64,000 bases of DNA from Tubulanus polymorphus. Its lineage: Eukaryota; Animalia; Nemertea. Each line of letters begins with the position of its first letter. The stretch's first letter is position 1. A model generated the notes under the pieces. That model ran no database searches and was not told the DNA's origin. It worked only from the letters and a program-made list of their open reading frames with translations. The stretch spans positions 11,688,485-11,752,484 of the forward strand of contig NC_134027.1 in the NCBI RefSeq assembly GCF_964204645.1, read 5' to 3'. This document shows positions 24,975 through 38,096 of this stretch, piece after piece. A program made the position numbers and the translations under genes.

Positions 24975-26671
24975 CATTCAACAATTTTCGTTTTCTGTGA
25001 AGATTACCTACGAAAACATTTGAACAGCCGAAATGAGCGAGCCTTCCATTTTGATGTCATGCTCCAGTTCATAGCTGTTTTGTGCATGGCTACTTAGCTC
25101 TGAAAGCCGAATATTTGCTGGGTTCGAGAAAAGAAAGACATCATTGATGGATTCTTCTTTGTTTTATGTTTTAGGACATTAGTGCACATTCAGTTTATAG
25201 CCCAGTACACTTAGCAAGAAACAAGAAAATTAATTTTAGAAAATTATTTGACGCCTGGGAAAAAAATGTAGAATTTCTGGGCTAAGCTAATGTGGAATTG
25301 CAAATTTGAAATCGAAGTTTTAAGAAATTTGGGGAATGATGAGATTTGGCGATTGGGTAGATGATACAGGTCTTTGACTCTAGTAGTTGTTTAAATTTTT
25401 TTATTGAAAATTCTCAATAATTGATCGCGAACTTGCGACCGACTTCATTTACTTATGCCTCTAAGCTGGTCTGCAACTTCATTGCCTCCATGGATGAAGA
25501 AAGAGCTCTTCTGATGTCTGCTTCATTATGACTTCGAGCATATCGTGTGGCCTAGCCAGCCGGCCCGGTCCCAGGGCCCGGGCCACGCGTTTGGCTGTCA
25601 CTCGATTTCCTAGAGTCTTGAGTCTGGGTGGGTTGAAGTAGACATTGTCATTTAAAATAACATGCTTATGTTGTTCTGTATGAATTACCCGTGTGTCATG
25701 TATGTTGTATTGATTTATTTTAAAATTTGTATTTATTGAATTTGGGAATTTTATCCCGGAATTTCAATGTAATAAGGATCAATAAAGAATTGAATTGAAT
25801 TGTCACCTAATACACATGCCATCAGAGGACACGGAGCCGTATATGACAGCTATGCTATTATAAATTGCTAATCTCACGAAACTTGCATACTCCTAATATC
25901 AAACATATTTTCACAAACGATTGAATATTGAAATTATATGTTTACACATTTTCATATTGACCGCTTGTAGCCGCTGATGAAATTCACGCCGGCCCTACAC
26001 ACATCGTAGATAGCTTCGTCATTCCACCGGCATGCCCACATCAGGGTCTGACTTTTATATCAGACTTCCGCATCGTGTATACATCCGCCATTTAACCGAA
26101 TAATCCGATTTACTTATCATTTCTATTTATGCCTGCCACTTCTGATATAATCATACATCCTTTACTATTACAATACAAAATTCAAATATAGGTCATTATA
26201 TAATCACAGGAAGCCATTCTACATCTATGTCAATAATATTTTGCCAGATAGCTTGTTTGTGTACACATAAACCTGTGACGTTTTGCACATCGATTTACGG
26301 CTGTCGTTTGTAAAATGACGCTGAATGGTTAGCATTGTTTAGGTTTCATAATGGTAACGTTTTATAAGGCGTCAAAAAATATTATACTATGTTCAAAATT
26401 GCAGTGACTTTTGAGTTATGTGATCCACTCATTGTCAATGATTGGGATTTGTGTAGGTTATCAGTGTTTCTCTTGTTTAGCTATTCTCACAGCTCATACA
26501 GCAATCGACACAAAATCTTTAGTTTCAGTAAAGAGAGCAACAACGTACCCAGTACAGAAAAACGTATCTATTTCATGTTTATTTCGTGCTTTGTGAGCTA
26601 GGTGTAAAATATATATTTCATCCACCAGGGAGGTGGGAGTGCCCTGCATCCACATACTTCATAAACAACAT

Positions 26672-26960
26672 TTAACCCTTTCAGTTCTGACTAATTAATA
26701 CCCCAGTGTTGGAGACAATTGAGAAAACTTTTGAACAATTTCACCCATTGCTTTGTGTAACAAATAAACTGCTATAGTATGCCTACACTGTGATGCGATG
26801 TATTGTCACCAATATTTAACTGCGTATGACAGGTGCTGCCATTTTTCGTTAGATAACAACAAATTACTAATCATATCAATAAACTGCAGTGCGATGTACT
26901 ACCAAAGACCATCGCTGATATATACACCGCACTGCAGTGTAGACGTACTTAAAGGGTTAA
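26672..26960. mobile_element. piggyBac-like MITE family C (opposite orientation)
   Basis: TTAACCCTTT...AAAGGGTTAA; body is the reverse complement of 10920-11208. Confidence 0.88.
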
Positions 26961-28134
26961 GAGATGCTGAAAGAAGACATGCTGAAAGAAGACATAAGAA
27001 TCCTCTATATATTGATAAATAATCTATCCTAAATAATAACTTTTACGATTAATAAGCCGGGAAAAAGCAATCTGTTACCACGTCAAATTTTCTAGATTTA
27101 ATATGCACATCACTCATGCGAGACAGCCATTTTTAAAATTGTCTCTCCACAATAGATCTAATCGCCATTATTTTCTATCATCAATTGCAATTGAAATCAA
27201 TTTTCCTGCAAAGTATATGAATACGCAAAAATTCATATATTCAAATTGGCCTCGGAAAATTTCCAAAATGGAGTGACAATTTTTTGAATATATATGTTGT
27301 AGTATCAAGAATGGATTTAGCCCGTTCCAATTTAGAACACCAAGCATTCACGCTAAAGAAAAATTGGTGCGTCCCATTTTAGGCTGGACTAATTTGGACC
27401 GACCTGAAAGACTTATCATGGTCCGTTCTGGATTTTGGAATGGAGAAATTTTGTGTGTATGGACAGAAACTGGTTCAAGGTCCATTGTAAATTGCTAATC
27501 GTGAAACTCTGCGGTGTGAATTCAATCGTAATAATCTGGTCTGTGGACCATCATCAGGCCGATTAAAATAGTTTTCGAATTCAATATAATTTCATATTGC
27601 GTGAAATTAATGCTTGTCGATTATCATCTATCTTAAAATCTGTCTCTTGCATGTGCTGCTCAGGGCCTATCTATTTCCACTGTTTCGAAAATGTCCTAGA
27701 ATTTACCATAGATTGATGTATCCAGGTATATTATATAAACCGTAGCCATAAGAAGCGAATGTGCTCTCTGATTTTGTCCGGTCTAACGACAGAATGCCGT
27801 TGGTCCCACATATCATTAGTCCCACGTCTCATTGGTCCCACGATCAACCTAGCCAACATAAAACAGGTATGAAAATCAATACACCCATTTTAGTATGGCC
27901 CTGGTGTGGTTACGTTACTGGGAGTCTGGTGCCTGGACTGGGTCCAGTATCCCTGTAGATGTGGGACGAATGAGACGTGGGACTCAAGAGATGTGGGACC
28001 AAAGACATGTCAAATAAATTGTGGTACCAATAGGACGTGGGACTAATGAGACGCAGGACTATCGAGCGGACCTCGGTCTAACTAACGGTAGCGTGAATGT
28101 GGCTGTCGAGCAATCTGCCTGATAAGATCAGACG

Positions 28135-28646
28135 CGTCTTGCTCCGAGGTTAAGATATGTACGATGTCTTGCTCCGAGGTTAAGATGGTATCTTGCTCCG
28201 AGGTTAAGATATGTACAGTGTCTTGCTCCAAGTAAAGATATGTACAATGTCTCGCTCCGAGGTTAAGATATGTACGGTGTCTTGCTCTGAGGTTAAGATA
28301 TGTACAGTGTCTTGCTCCAAGTAAAGACATGTACAATGTCTCGCTCCGAGGTTAAGATATGTACGGTGTCTTGCTCTGAGGTTAAGATATGTACAGTGTC
28401 TTGCTCCGAGGTAAAGATATGTACAATGTCTTGCTCCGTGGTTAAGATATGTATAATGTCATGCTCCGAGGTAAAGATATGTACGGTGTCTCGCTCCGAG
28501 GTTAAGATATGTATGGTGTCATGCTCCGAGGTTAAGATATGTACAGTGTCACGCTCCTAGGTTAAGATATGTACAATGTCTTGCTCCGAGGTTAAGATAT
28601 GTATAATGTCATGCTCCGAGGTAAAGATATGTACGGTGTCTCGCTC
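28135..28646. repeat. 30-bp minisatellite array 1
   Basis: Unit TGTCTTGCTCCGAGGTTAAGATATGTACAG, about 17 copies. Confidence 0.97.
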
Positions 28647-29224
28647 CCATTCTAAATTGTTATTCGTGAACCTCTGCGGTGTGAATTCAATCGTAATAAT
28701 CTGGTCTTTGAACCATCATCAGGCCGATTAATATAGTTTTCGAATTCAATATCATTTCATATTGCTTGAAATTAATGCTTGTCAATTATCATCTATCTAA
28801 AAATCTGTCTCTTGCATGTGCTGCTCTGGGCCTATCTATTTCCACTGTTTCGAAAATGTCCTAGAATTTACCATAGATTGATGTATCCAGGTATATTATA
28901 TAAACCGTAGCCATAAGAAGCGAATGTGCTCTCTGATTTTGTCCGGTCTAACGGAAGAATGCCGTTGGTCCCACATATCATTAGTCCCACGTCTCATTGG
29001 TCCCACGATCAACCTAGCCAACATAAAACAGGTATGAAAATCAATACACCCATTTTAGTATGGCCCTGGTGTGGTTATGTTACTGGGAGTCTGGTGCCTT
29101 GACTGGGTCCAGTATCCCTGTAGATGTGGGACGAATGAGACGCAGGACTATCGAGCGGACCTCGGTCTAACTAGCGATAGCGTGAATGTGGCTGTAGAGC
29201 AATCTGCCTGATAAGATCAGACGC

Positions 29225-30100
29225 GTCTTGCTCCGAGGTTAAGATATGTACGATGTCTTGCTCCGAGGTTAAGATATGTACGATGTCTTGCTCCGAGGTT
29301 AAGATGGTGTCTTGCGCCGAGGTTAATATATGTACAGTGTCTTGCTCCGAGGTAAAGATATGTACAATGTCTCACTCCGAGGTTAAGATATGTACGGTGT
29401 CTTGCTCTGAGGTTAAGATATGTACAGTGTCTTGCTCCGAGGTAAAGATATGTACAATGTCTTGCTCCGAAGTTAAGATATGTATAATGTCATGCTCCGA
29501 GGTAAAGATATGTACGGTGTCTCGCTTCGAGGTTAAGATATGTACGGTGTCTTGCTCCGAGGTTAAGATATGTACGGTGTCTTGCTCTGAGGTTAAGATA
29601 TGTACAGTGTCTTGCTCCGAGGTAAAGATATGTACAATGTCTTGCTCCGAGGTTAAGATATGTATAATGTCATGCTCCGAGGTAAAGATATGTACGGTGT
29701 CTCGCTCCGAGGTTAAGATATGTACAATGTTTTGCTCCGAGGTTAAGATATGTACGGTGTCTTGCTCTGAGGTTAAGATATGTACAGTGTCTTGCTCCGA
29801 GGTAAAGATATGTACAATGTCTTGCTCCGAGGTTAAGATATGTATAATGTCATGCTCCGAGGTAAAGATATGTACGGTGTCTCGCTCCGAGGTTAAGATA
29901 TGTACAATGTTTTGCTCCGAGGTTAAGATATTTTCAGTGTCTTGCTCCGAGGTAAAGATATGTGTGATGTCTTGCTCCTAGATAAAGATATGTACGATGT
30001 CTCGTTCTGAGTCTTGCTCTGAGGTTGCCAAGATATGAATGGTGTCTTGCTCTGAGGTTAAGATATTTTCAGTGTCTTGCTCCAAGGTAAAGATATGTAT
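29225..30100. repeat. 30-bp minisatellite array 2 with 180-bp higher-order periodicity
   Basis: About 29 copies; identical 60-mers at 29401, 29581 and 29761. Confidence 0.97.
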
Positions 30101-30722
30101 AGTATCATTATTTCCGGAGAAAGACGACGACAACAAAAGACAAGATAATTCAGTAACAACAGATGTTTAAATTTACAGCGGATGTATGTCAATGTATAAC
30201 AGCTGCGTCTGGTCGGTCTTGCAATAATAATAATAAGACTTGAAAAACATAAAATACATTCAAATAGAACCAGGAAGAATCGGTATGAAAGGGGTACTAG
30301 GAAATATGGCGCTTGAGAATGATTCACTGTTCAAGGTTTTCATCGTTTGATATTCATAAAATCGGATTCGGTATAGTCGGACGTACAATTTTTCCCACGA
30401 CCAACTATACATCATGCAGGGTTTGAATGTGTCTTCTTTCCCCGATTAGGGGGAAAGAGACCAGATGAAAAAGACCAACCCTTGACCTAGAAACTATTAA
30501 GCCAACCCTGGACCGAGACCAGTTACGGCTGGCTTAAACAGCTTGACAACTCTCAAATCCATGTGCATGGTAGAACACACATGGTATTTCCAAAATCATT
30601 AAGACTAAGTTACGCTCAGCAACCAATAGCAGGGTTCGAACTATGGGATAAAAGATACATGCCTGGGGGGCAAGGATATCTGAAATTTCACTTGGCTCTT
30701 CATTAATATCTCATTAATATTA

Positions 30723-31132
30723 GCTGCGTTCACACTAGGATTTCAGTACGTTACTAAGCGTTCACACTAGGAAATTATTCACGGCTTATTTAGTTCCGTA
30801 CTGAAATACTCGGCTTATTAAGCGCGGAATGCGATTCCGCACCGAAAACCTGATCTCAGTACGGCACTGAGTTGGCCGCGTATTTTATGTAGTATGGACG
30901 CAGATTCGGCGCTTAGCTAGCCGCGTATTCACATGCTCGTAGTACAAAACACTTAGCGCTAATTACACTCCCCTCTATTGGCACACTGGGTGACTACTAT
31001 ACTGGGCTTACTAAGTGCCAAATCGCCACTCGTAGTGTGAACATAAATGGCTGTATAAGCGCCGTATTTTGGTGAATTCGGCACGAGCGAAGTACAGTAC
31101 TTCGTAAGCGCCGAATCTAGTGTGAACGCGGC
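30723..31132. mobile_element. MITE (TIR GCTGCGTTCACACTAG)
   Basis: TA|GCTGCGTTCACACTAG...CTAGTGTGAACGCGGC|TA; fragments at about 31490-31680 and 32400-32505. Confidence 0.88.
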
Positions 31133-31837
31133 TATACTTGCCCTACACCGTCAGTCCGGCTGCTGGTGCAATCATCCAATCATCCATTGTATCGATTGGG
31201 AAAAAGCTTTGAGACATAAAAATACACTAGCCCAGCGGACTAGTTATGATAACCTACTTGCCCTAATGAGAATATAGACTTGTCCCTGGCAATAGGACAA
31301 GTGCGTAGATCAGACCCTGAAATGTTAAAAGCCTTAGAACCTTAACACAGATGAAATATGTCATGATGAAATAATTATTTCAGCCCGATGATAAGCGGAT
31401 GGCACTTTGGCACTACCTGAATATACAGTGTCCCAGAAAATGGTATTTACTCAGCGGTGTCTATATGCATATTTCCATATGGTACTTAGTGTTAACAACA
31501 TTCAATTATTCGAGGCCTCTTCGTCGCTTATTCAGTGCGGTATCAGGAAACCGGGCTTAGTAAGCGCAGAAAGTGATTCCGCACATGAAACTCAATCCCG
31601 CAATGGTACATAGCTGGTCGCCTATTTTCCGTAGTGCGAACGCATATTCAGCGCTTAACAAGCCGTGTAATGTAGTGTGCTACACTCGCAACCAGGGGGA
31701 TGACTACAGTTTATCCATCTTTAATCACTTTTGACTCCCATTAACATAAGAAGCCACTAAAAGAGCGAATATATGTAGACAGAATATATATACAGACAGT
31801 TATATTCCCCTGCTTTGACGCTTACTCCTCATAATAT

Positions 31838-32206
31838 CAGGGATGAAAACGGCCCATATTGAAAAAGTCGGAAAATATTTTCAAAAAAAAGAATTTTTTT
31901 TGGGGAACAAAAATCAGGAACTTTTAGCCAAAAAACTTACTTCCTATTGGTCAAAATGTTAATAGTTTGGGCCTGAATTAGAGCCGCTTTTTGAATGAGA
32001 CGCCATATGGGTTTCTCCAACTCCACAGTTGTTTTAACAACTGCCGAAAACCGTCTAAGGAGCACTCCTAACTACGGCGCGCTCTGATGTGACGCCCGCG
32101 ATTTAGGTGATTAAAGCGATTGAGGTGATTTACACTGTTCTCAGGAATAAAGAAAATGTTAGAAAAGGTCGGAAATCCTTCTATGGTCGGAAGATTTTCA
32201 TCCCTG
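31838..32206. mobile_element. MITE with 7-bp direct flanks
   Basis: ATAATAT|CAGGGATGAAAA...TTTTCATCCCTG|ATAATAT. Confidence 0.88.
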
Positions 32207-34090
32207 ATAATATACAGTCAGTAGTGACGAATGTATTTCGCTCACGTTAGCAAGGAACTTAACAGAAGTTGGATGCCAAATTGGCAATTCGAACTAGCAT
32301 TCCTTAAGGCAGGAGAGCATGGCAGGAATAAATACAAGAGAACAAAGAAAGCAGCACAGACACACCACCTTGATGCTCCGCACATCAAATGACTAAAGCA
32401 GGCTTACTAAGTGCCGAATCACGTGTGAATGCAAGTCGCTATGTAAAGCAAGCACGGTATTTTGGCAAATTCAGCACCACACGGGTATGGTATTTCCTAA
32501 TGCCCAGGATCTCTGCTTAATCTAGTTTTCACTAATTACATAATCAATACAATAAATTGTTATCAAGTGAAATATATTTTCTGGGTAGAAGATTTCAAGC
32601 CGATAACACCACGCATGACTGCACAGCATCGAATACAAGATGATCAGCCACAACACTCTCTCGGTAGCCAACTTGACAACAATAATAAGTAGCAAATTTC
32701 GTTCGTTTACTAAGCCCGTTACTTTATTTTTTTATCGTCTCAAGGAATGTGACTTCCCTGTGAGTAATATCAGTGGTGGTTACAGAGACATAACTATATT
32801 TTCAGCTGTATTTCTGGTTCTCTCCCTGGTGTTTGGGCCTAATTTTAAGACAAAATCATGTGTCAAGTTCATTTGCAATTCCGGCAGAATCGTCGACAAC
32901 CTTCATTTAAGAAAATGAATATCCGAACATATAACAGACGTCTCCTTTAAAAAAAAATCGCTTAGAATTTCCTATTAGGGCCTAATTGTATTTCTTTTGT
33001 ATCTGCCTTCACAAAAAACAGATTAATAACAAAAAATTTTTGAAATTAGAACGCCAGGAGATGCGTTCTGGCGCAATACGCGTTATAGGCCTCATTTTCA
33101 TTACCGCCTATAGATCATTTTTTCAAATAGCGATTGGTTCCGTCAAATACACCTCATATATAAACCAGAGCCAAAAACAAACGAAGCGTCAGTCGATTTC
33201 GATCGTCGCGTCATCTTAGTTTAATTGTGTACTGCGGGGTTGTTGCCACTAGGTGGCAGCACAATACGGCTTTTTCGTACCCTCTACGGAGCCGTCACGT
33301 TTTGATGTTTAGGGTCGAATCCCGAATCGATTTTATTTTTTTCGCGATGTTTTCTTTTGTGGTTATTTGACTTCTCCCAAAAATCCGGAAATGAAATTGG
33401 ATTTTTTTAAATCCGGAATTCCGGAGAAATCCGGAGAAGTGGCAACTCTGCACATTAATACAGGAACAAGAACTGAAGTGCAAAAAGATTTCAAACTAAT
33501 GATTTATTGATTCGATGTTTCGACTACTACCTAATAGTCAGCCATCTTGAAATGTTGACTCAGTAAATGATTAGCTCTCATTAGCGTGGGTTTCCTCGAT
33601 TCATCGTCACAACACGGACTCTGCTTCATCAACGGTTAATAAGGAACTACTGACTACTATTTTCCTGGACACACCCGTATACAGAAAACATGTAGTTCGA
33701 TCCAGAGTCCTGAAATGCTTGAACAGTCTCGCGCAATTCTTCTAGAACGCCACGACGGACAATAGCTCTGAACAGCAGCTGTCTGTCAAGCAGTGATGAA
33801 ACATTTATCAAAATGCCCACCAGGCGAACTAATGGCGATGATGATGATGATAATGATAATAACATTCATAGAACATCCAGGCACCGACAGGCGAGTGCCT
33901 TCAGCTCTGTCTATCTCGTCATATTAATCATACCAGATCTTCACGAAACAATAACGTAGTTAGTCGATCCGAAAAAATACCCGCATCAGGGTCTACAGTG
34001 CAAGGCCAGTTTCGCAAAAAATCTCTTGGTTAAATGGCAATTATTTGGTAACTTTATGTTATCAATAAGGACAATTCAAACTAAACTCTT

Positions 34091-34362
34091 TTAACGTTTT
34101 AAGTGTGTCTACACCACAGCGCGGTGTATAAATCGGTGGACTTGGTTAATACGTCGCATATCGGTGTATTGGTGTTAATGGTAATTAGTTTTCATGTCTA
34201 CTGAAAGATGGCGGCACCTGTCGAACTAATACTACGCCGCACCAAGGTGTATGCACTAAGGCGGTGAACACTTTGTTCGACACGATGGAGAGGGAATTTT
34301 CTTAGATTTTTCAACTTATCTCCAGCGCTTTCGGGCATCAATTTCAGCACTGGGAGGGTTAA
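34091..34362. mobile_element. piggyBac-like MITE family C
   Basis: TTAA...CAGCACTGGGAGGGTTAA; body homologous to 10920-11208. Confidence 0.8.
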
Positions 34363-36379
34363 GCTGAAACTTTGTCAAATCGGAATCTCGAAACAATACA
34401 AATATGACTATCGACACCATTGATACGGCGCCGGATAAGAGAGCTGAAATTGTCAGACATTGTACCACCACGTTATCAATACCGAACCGTAATTTTCCTC
34501 GCGATTGAGCAAAACAACTGAAAGAAAGACGATATCAGAAGAATTTCTGGTATAATTATCTGGGCTGCATTGCGAGCTGCGACGGCGATGATATGAAAAG
34601 GTCAAAGCTTCATGTATGTACGTTCGCGTCAGTCATCGGCGCTCGTAGCAGGAATATTTTATGAGCACGAACCACGGCAGAACACTTCCAATGTCTCTCT
34701 CAATCACCCTATACTATTTACAACGGAGTGTGTCACTGTTTGTCACTGTGATAAAAAGGTAACTAGATTCGTCGTCATAGGCGAGAAAGAAAACCGAACT
34801 TGCAACTAACTTCGACTCACGCGGAGGAAATAAGATCACGTTAGGCTTACGTGTCAACAAAACTATGACACCATTTCAGACCAACGACGTCTAGTAATTG
34901 CATTAAGGGATCAGGTCATGCTGTATCAAGGAAGAATTTCTTCAACAGGGATGGATCTGAGGGTCTTACAAATTGATTGAAAAAGAGCATTCCCGCTGTG
35001 GTGCCCTTTTGACAGGAATAATACCGATTTTCAGAATGTTTGTTTCATACAGAAAGTATCATTTTCAGATTTATTTCAACGTTTTGGCCTGTTTTTCTAT
35101 AAGAACCTCTAAACATGCGGGGCTCTCAAAATTTTGAGGGTGTTATGGAAGACTTTGCCAGGCATTGCTGCAATTCATTAATTTATCTACGATTTACAAA
35201 ATATCCATTCAATAGAAATTCTAATCAACTAAATGTAACTATTGTTGTCGACCTGGCTAAAAATGAAAGAAAATGGCAGTTGGAACATCCTCAATATACG
35301 GAAATTCATACCGCTCTACTACTCTTTTAGTAATGATGATTTAGCCCAAGTCCGAAAGTGGCCTAGGCAGGTCTGATTTGACCTATGCCTTTTTAGAGAG
35401 AACTTGTTCACAACTCGTAAACCAATCACTCTTTACCAGTTCAAATAAAACATACTCATTGCACATCCCATTAACACCTCTATAATTGTAAGCAATTGGC
35501 TGGGCCGTTTTGGGTTACAAACACTGTGTCTTATGTGATTGTGACTATAATTACTTCATGTGGAATGGAATAGAATAGAACTTGACCCCACTCCGCGCGG
35601 TGGCGCCACCCCGCGGGATTTACGCGAAGCAGCAGAACACAAACACGGCCATTCTCTCAATTTTCAATGATAGAAATCGTGTGTGTATTTCAATTATTTC
35701 GGCTGTTAGGGTTTTAAGGCACAATATAAGTTGATGATGTGATATGGCGATGTTAATTAATGATAATTCCGCAGTGAAGCTAGTCACGAACGGTGCCGAT
35801 TGAGTGTACAGCTGCCAAAAACACTGAAATGTGCGTAGTTGCGTAACTATTTGCAGTGAATTGCAGACGAAACATTAACGGCCTTAACGGCCGTTTAAAA
35901 AAAAATTATACCAATCGCGATTGTAAAATAAAAATGAGATAGAACCTAAGTTAAAATTCTGGCCATTTCTAAAATATTATTGATTATTATTACTAATTTT
36001 TAGTCAGTGCGGAACGTTTAGTTTTCCAACAATAATGAGGGGTGGTAGGTAGTCATGCAATTCAAGTCATCATTTATTACACGTTACTTCCGTGTTGTTG
36101 AAAATCTCGCGAGTCCTGGACTAAACCCCAATGAACAATGTGATCTGTGTGCTGGCCACCAAAATGCACACAGATCACACTACACTACCCATTACACACT
36201 CCAGTACCCACAGCTTTCATATATCCATCCAAATATTTAGTGGCTTTCTTCCTGGATGAAATAAGAGTACAAATTCAAGGGCAGATTTAGGGGGTGGTGG
36301 ACTAGGTGGACTAGTGCAATCCCCTTCCAAACTAGGGGTCCAGGGACACCATGCCCACTTGGGAAGTGGTTCCAAATGT

Positions 36380-37607
36380 TCAACAATCTAACAATTTCAA
36401 TATTCAACGCCCCCTGGCAACCATATACAAAAACCAATGACCTTGAAACTCACCACAATCATAGAACATGTCAGCAGCTACGATTTTGTAATTGATTGTG
36501 ATAACAAAATATGCCTCGTTACCAAATTGATATGGAAATACTAAGTTATTCTACTATTCAACGCCCTCTGGAGACCATATTCAAAACCCAATGACCTCAA
36601 AACTTACCACAATCATAGAACATGTCATGAACTACAACTTTGCAATTGATCATGGTAACAAAATATGCCTAGGTACCAATATAATAAGGAAATACTAAGT
36701 TATTCTACTATTCAACGCCCCCTGGTGACCATATAGAAAAACTAATGTCCTTAAAACTCACAACAATCATAGATGATGTCATGAGCTACAACTTTCCAAT
36801 TGATTGTGGTTACAAAATATGCATAGGTACAAATATAATAAAGAAATGCTAAGATATTGTATTATTCAACGCCCCCTGGTGGCCATATACGAAATCCAAT
36901 TACCTTGAAACTCACCACAATCATAGAACACGTTATGAGCTACAACTTTCTAATTGATTGTGGTAGCAAAATACGCTTAGGTATCAATATAATGTGGAAA
37001 AACTTTTTCCCACTTACGAATGAGTACTGGTGACACCAAGATGGCCGCCAATTGCGTCATAATTGGCTGATGAAAAATACCTGTCTGAGGTATAAAACAT
37101 CCCTTTCCAAAGAATACCCATCACAAATTGTAATGAGAAATGGCAAACCAGTAGGAAGCTACAGGACTCAGAATTCGGGCAAAAATGAACATTTTTGGGC
37201 ACTAAAAAGGTCATAGGACGGCCATCTTGAGTCCGATCGACCCAATTTTTGTTATGTTGATGGGCCCTGGGGGGATTCACATATATCCGAAAGATCAAGG
37301 TTATTGATCAAAGCGTCTTCAAAATTTCCCTCAAAAAGTTCAAAAATGTGTAAAAAGTGTTGATTTTGGCGAACAACAATGGCTGCCAGTCGGCCATCTT
37401 GAATCTGACAGGGTCAGTTTTTGGGCTGAAGATGTGTCTAGGGTAGATACACGTGTAACCCAAATATCAAGACGTTACCTTGAAGCGTCTTCAAAACTTC
37501 CCAAAATAACTGGATTCCGTCTACGGACGGACGAACGAACGGACGGACGACGGACGAAAAGTGAACGCAATAGCCCGCTGGGACTAAAGTCCCAAGTGGG
37601 CTAAAAA
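36380..37607 (+). mobile_element. Helentron/HINE-like element family E with 154-bp internal tandem array, nested in a family D-like MITE (36279-37853)
   Basis: Four 154-bp units, then (GACG)n microsatellite at about 37525-37556, 3' hairpin AGCCCGCTGGGACTAAAGTCCCAAGTGGGCT and A-run (DINE-1/HINE-type architecture). Confidence 0.82.
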
Positions 37608-37883
37608 TCGAATGTTCCCTCCAAAAGTTCTGGACACTGAAAATTTTTATAGAACAAAAAATTAATCCAAATGGATCGTGATGAGCGCCAAAAAAGCCCC
37701 ATTTCGCCCTAATATTTCCTGCAGGAGGGTCACCAGAACCCCCATCTGTGTTTCGCACTTGCAGCCCTCACATTGCCTGTCAGCCCATTTTAAATTAAGC
37801 GTCGATTTGAACATTTTCAGGTCCGACCCCTATGAAGAATTCTAGATCCGCCCTCGGAATTGTACCGGATAAGAAAAACTTAC

Positions 37884-38096
37884 TTCAGAATTTCATCGCG
37901 CGGCGCGATCGCCCCGTTGACCATACGATCGATGATCCGTTGGTGATCCTCGTCGGGCAGGAATCCTCGTGATATCAGCGGCATCAACGTCATCGGCGCG
38001 CACGAAACGTCGCCGACCTTAAGCCATGGATGGTTGAGAATGTCGTCGAGCGTCGAACGACGATTCGGGTCGCGAATCAACAACGTAGATATCAGA
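37884..38096 (-). CDS. SNRK: SNRK coding exon 3 (213 nt; kinase end and start of UBA-like region)
   Basis: TTGTAG acceptor; (D)LISTLLIRDPNRRSTLDDILNHPWLK...PLISRGFLPDEDHQRIIDRMVNGAIAPRDEIL; donor AA|GTAAGT; phase 2-2. Confidence 0.95.

Larger units (their letters stand above)
27482..30100. repeat. Tandem segmental duplication (unit 1 27482-28646, unit 2 28647 to about 30100)
   Basis: About 600 bp near-identical flank repeated, each copy followed by the 30-bp minisatellite. Confidence 0.93.

Noticed and set aside
28135-30100. 30-bp repeats as a CRISPR-like array
   Set aside because: Units are contiguous with no unique spacers, there are no cas genes, and the context is a eukaryotic intron
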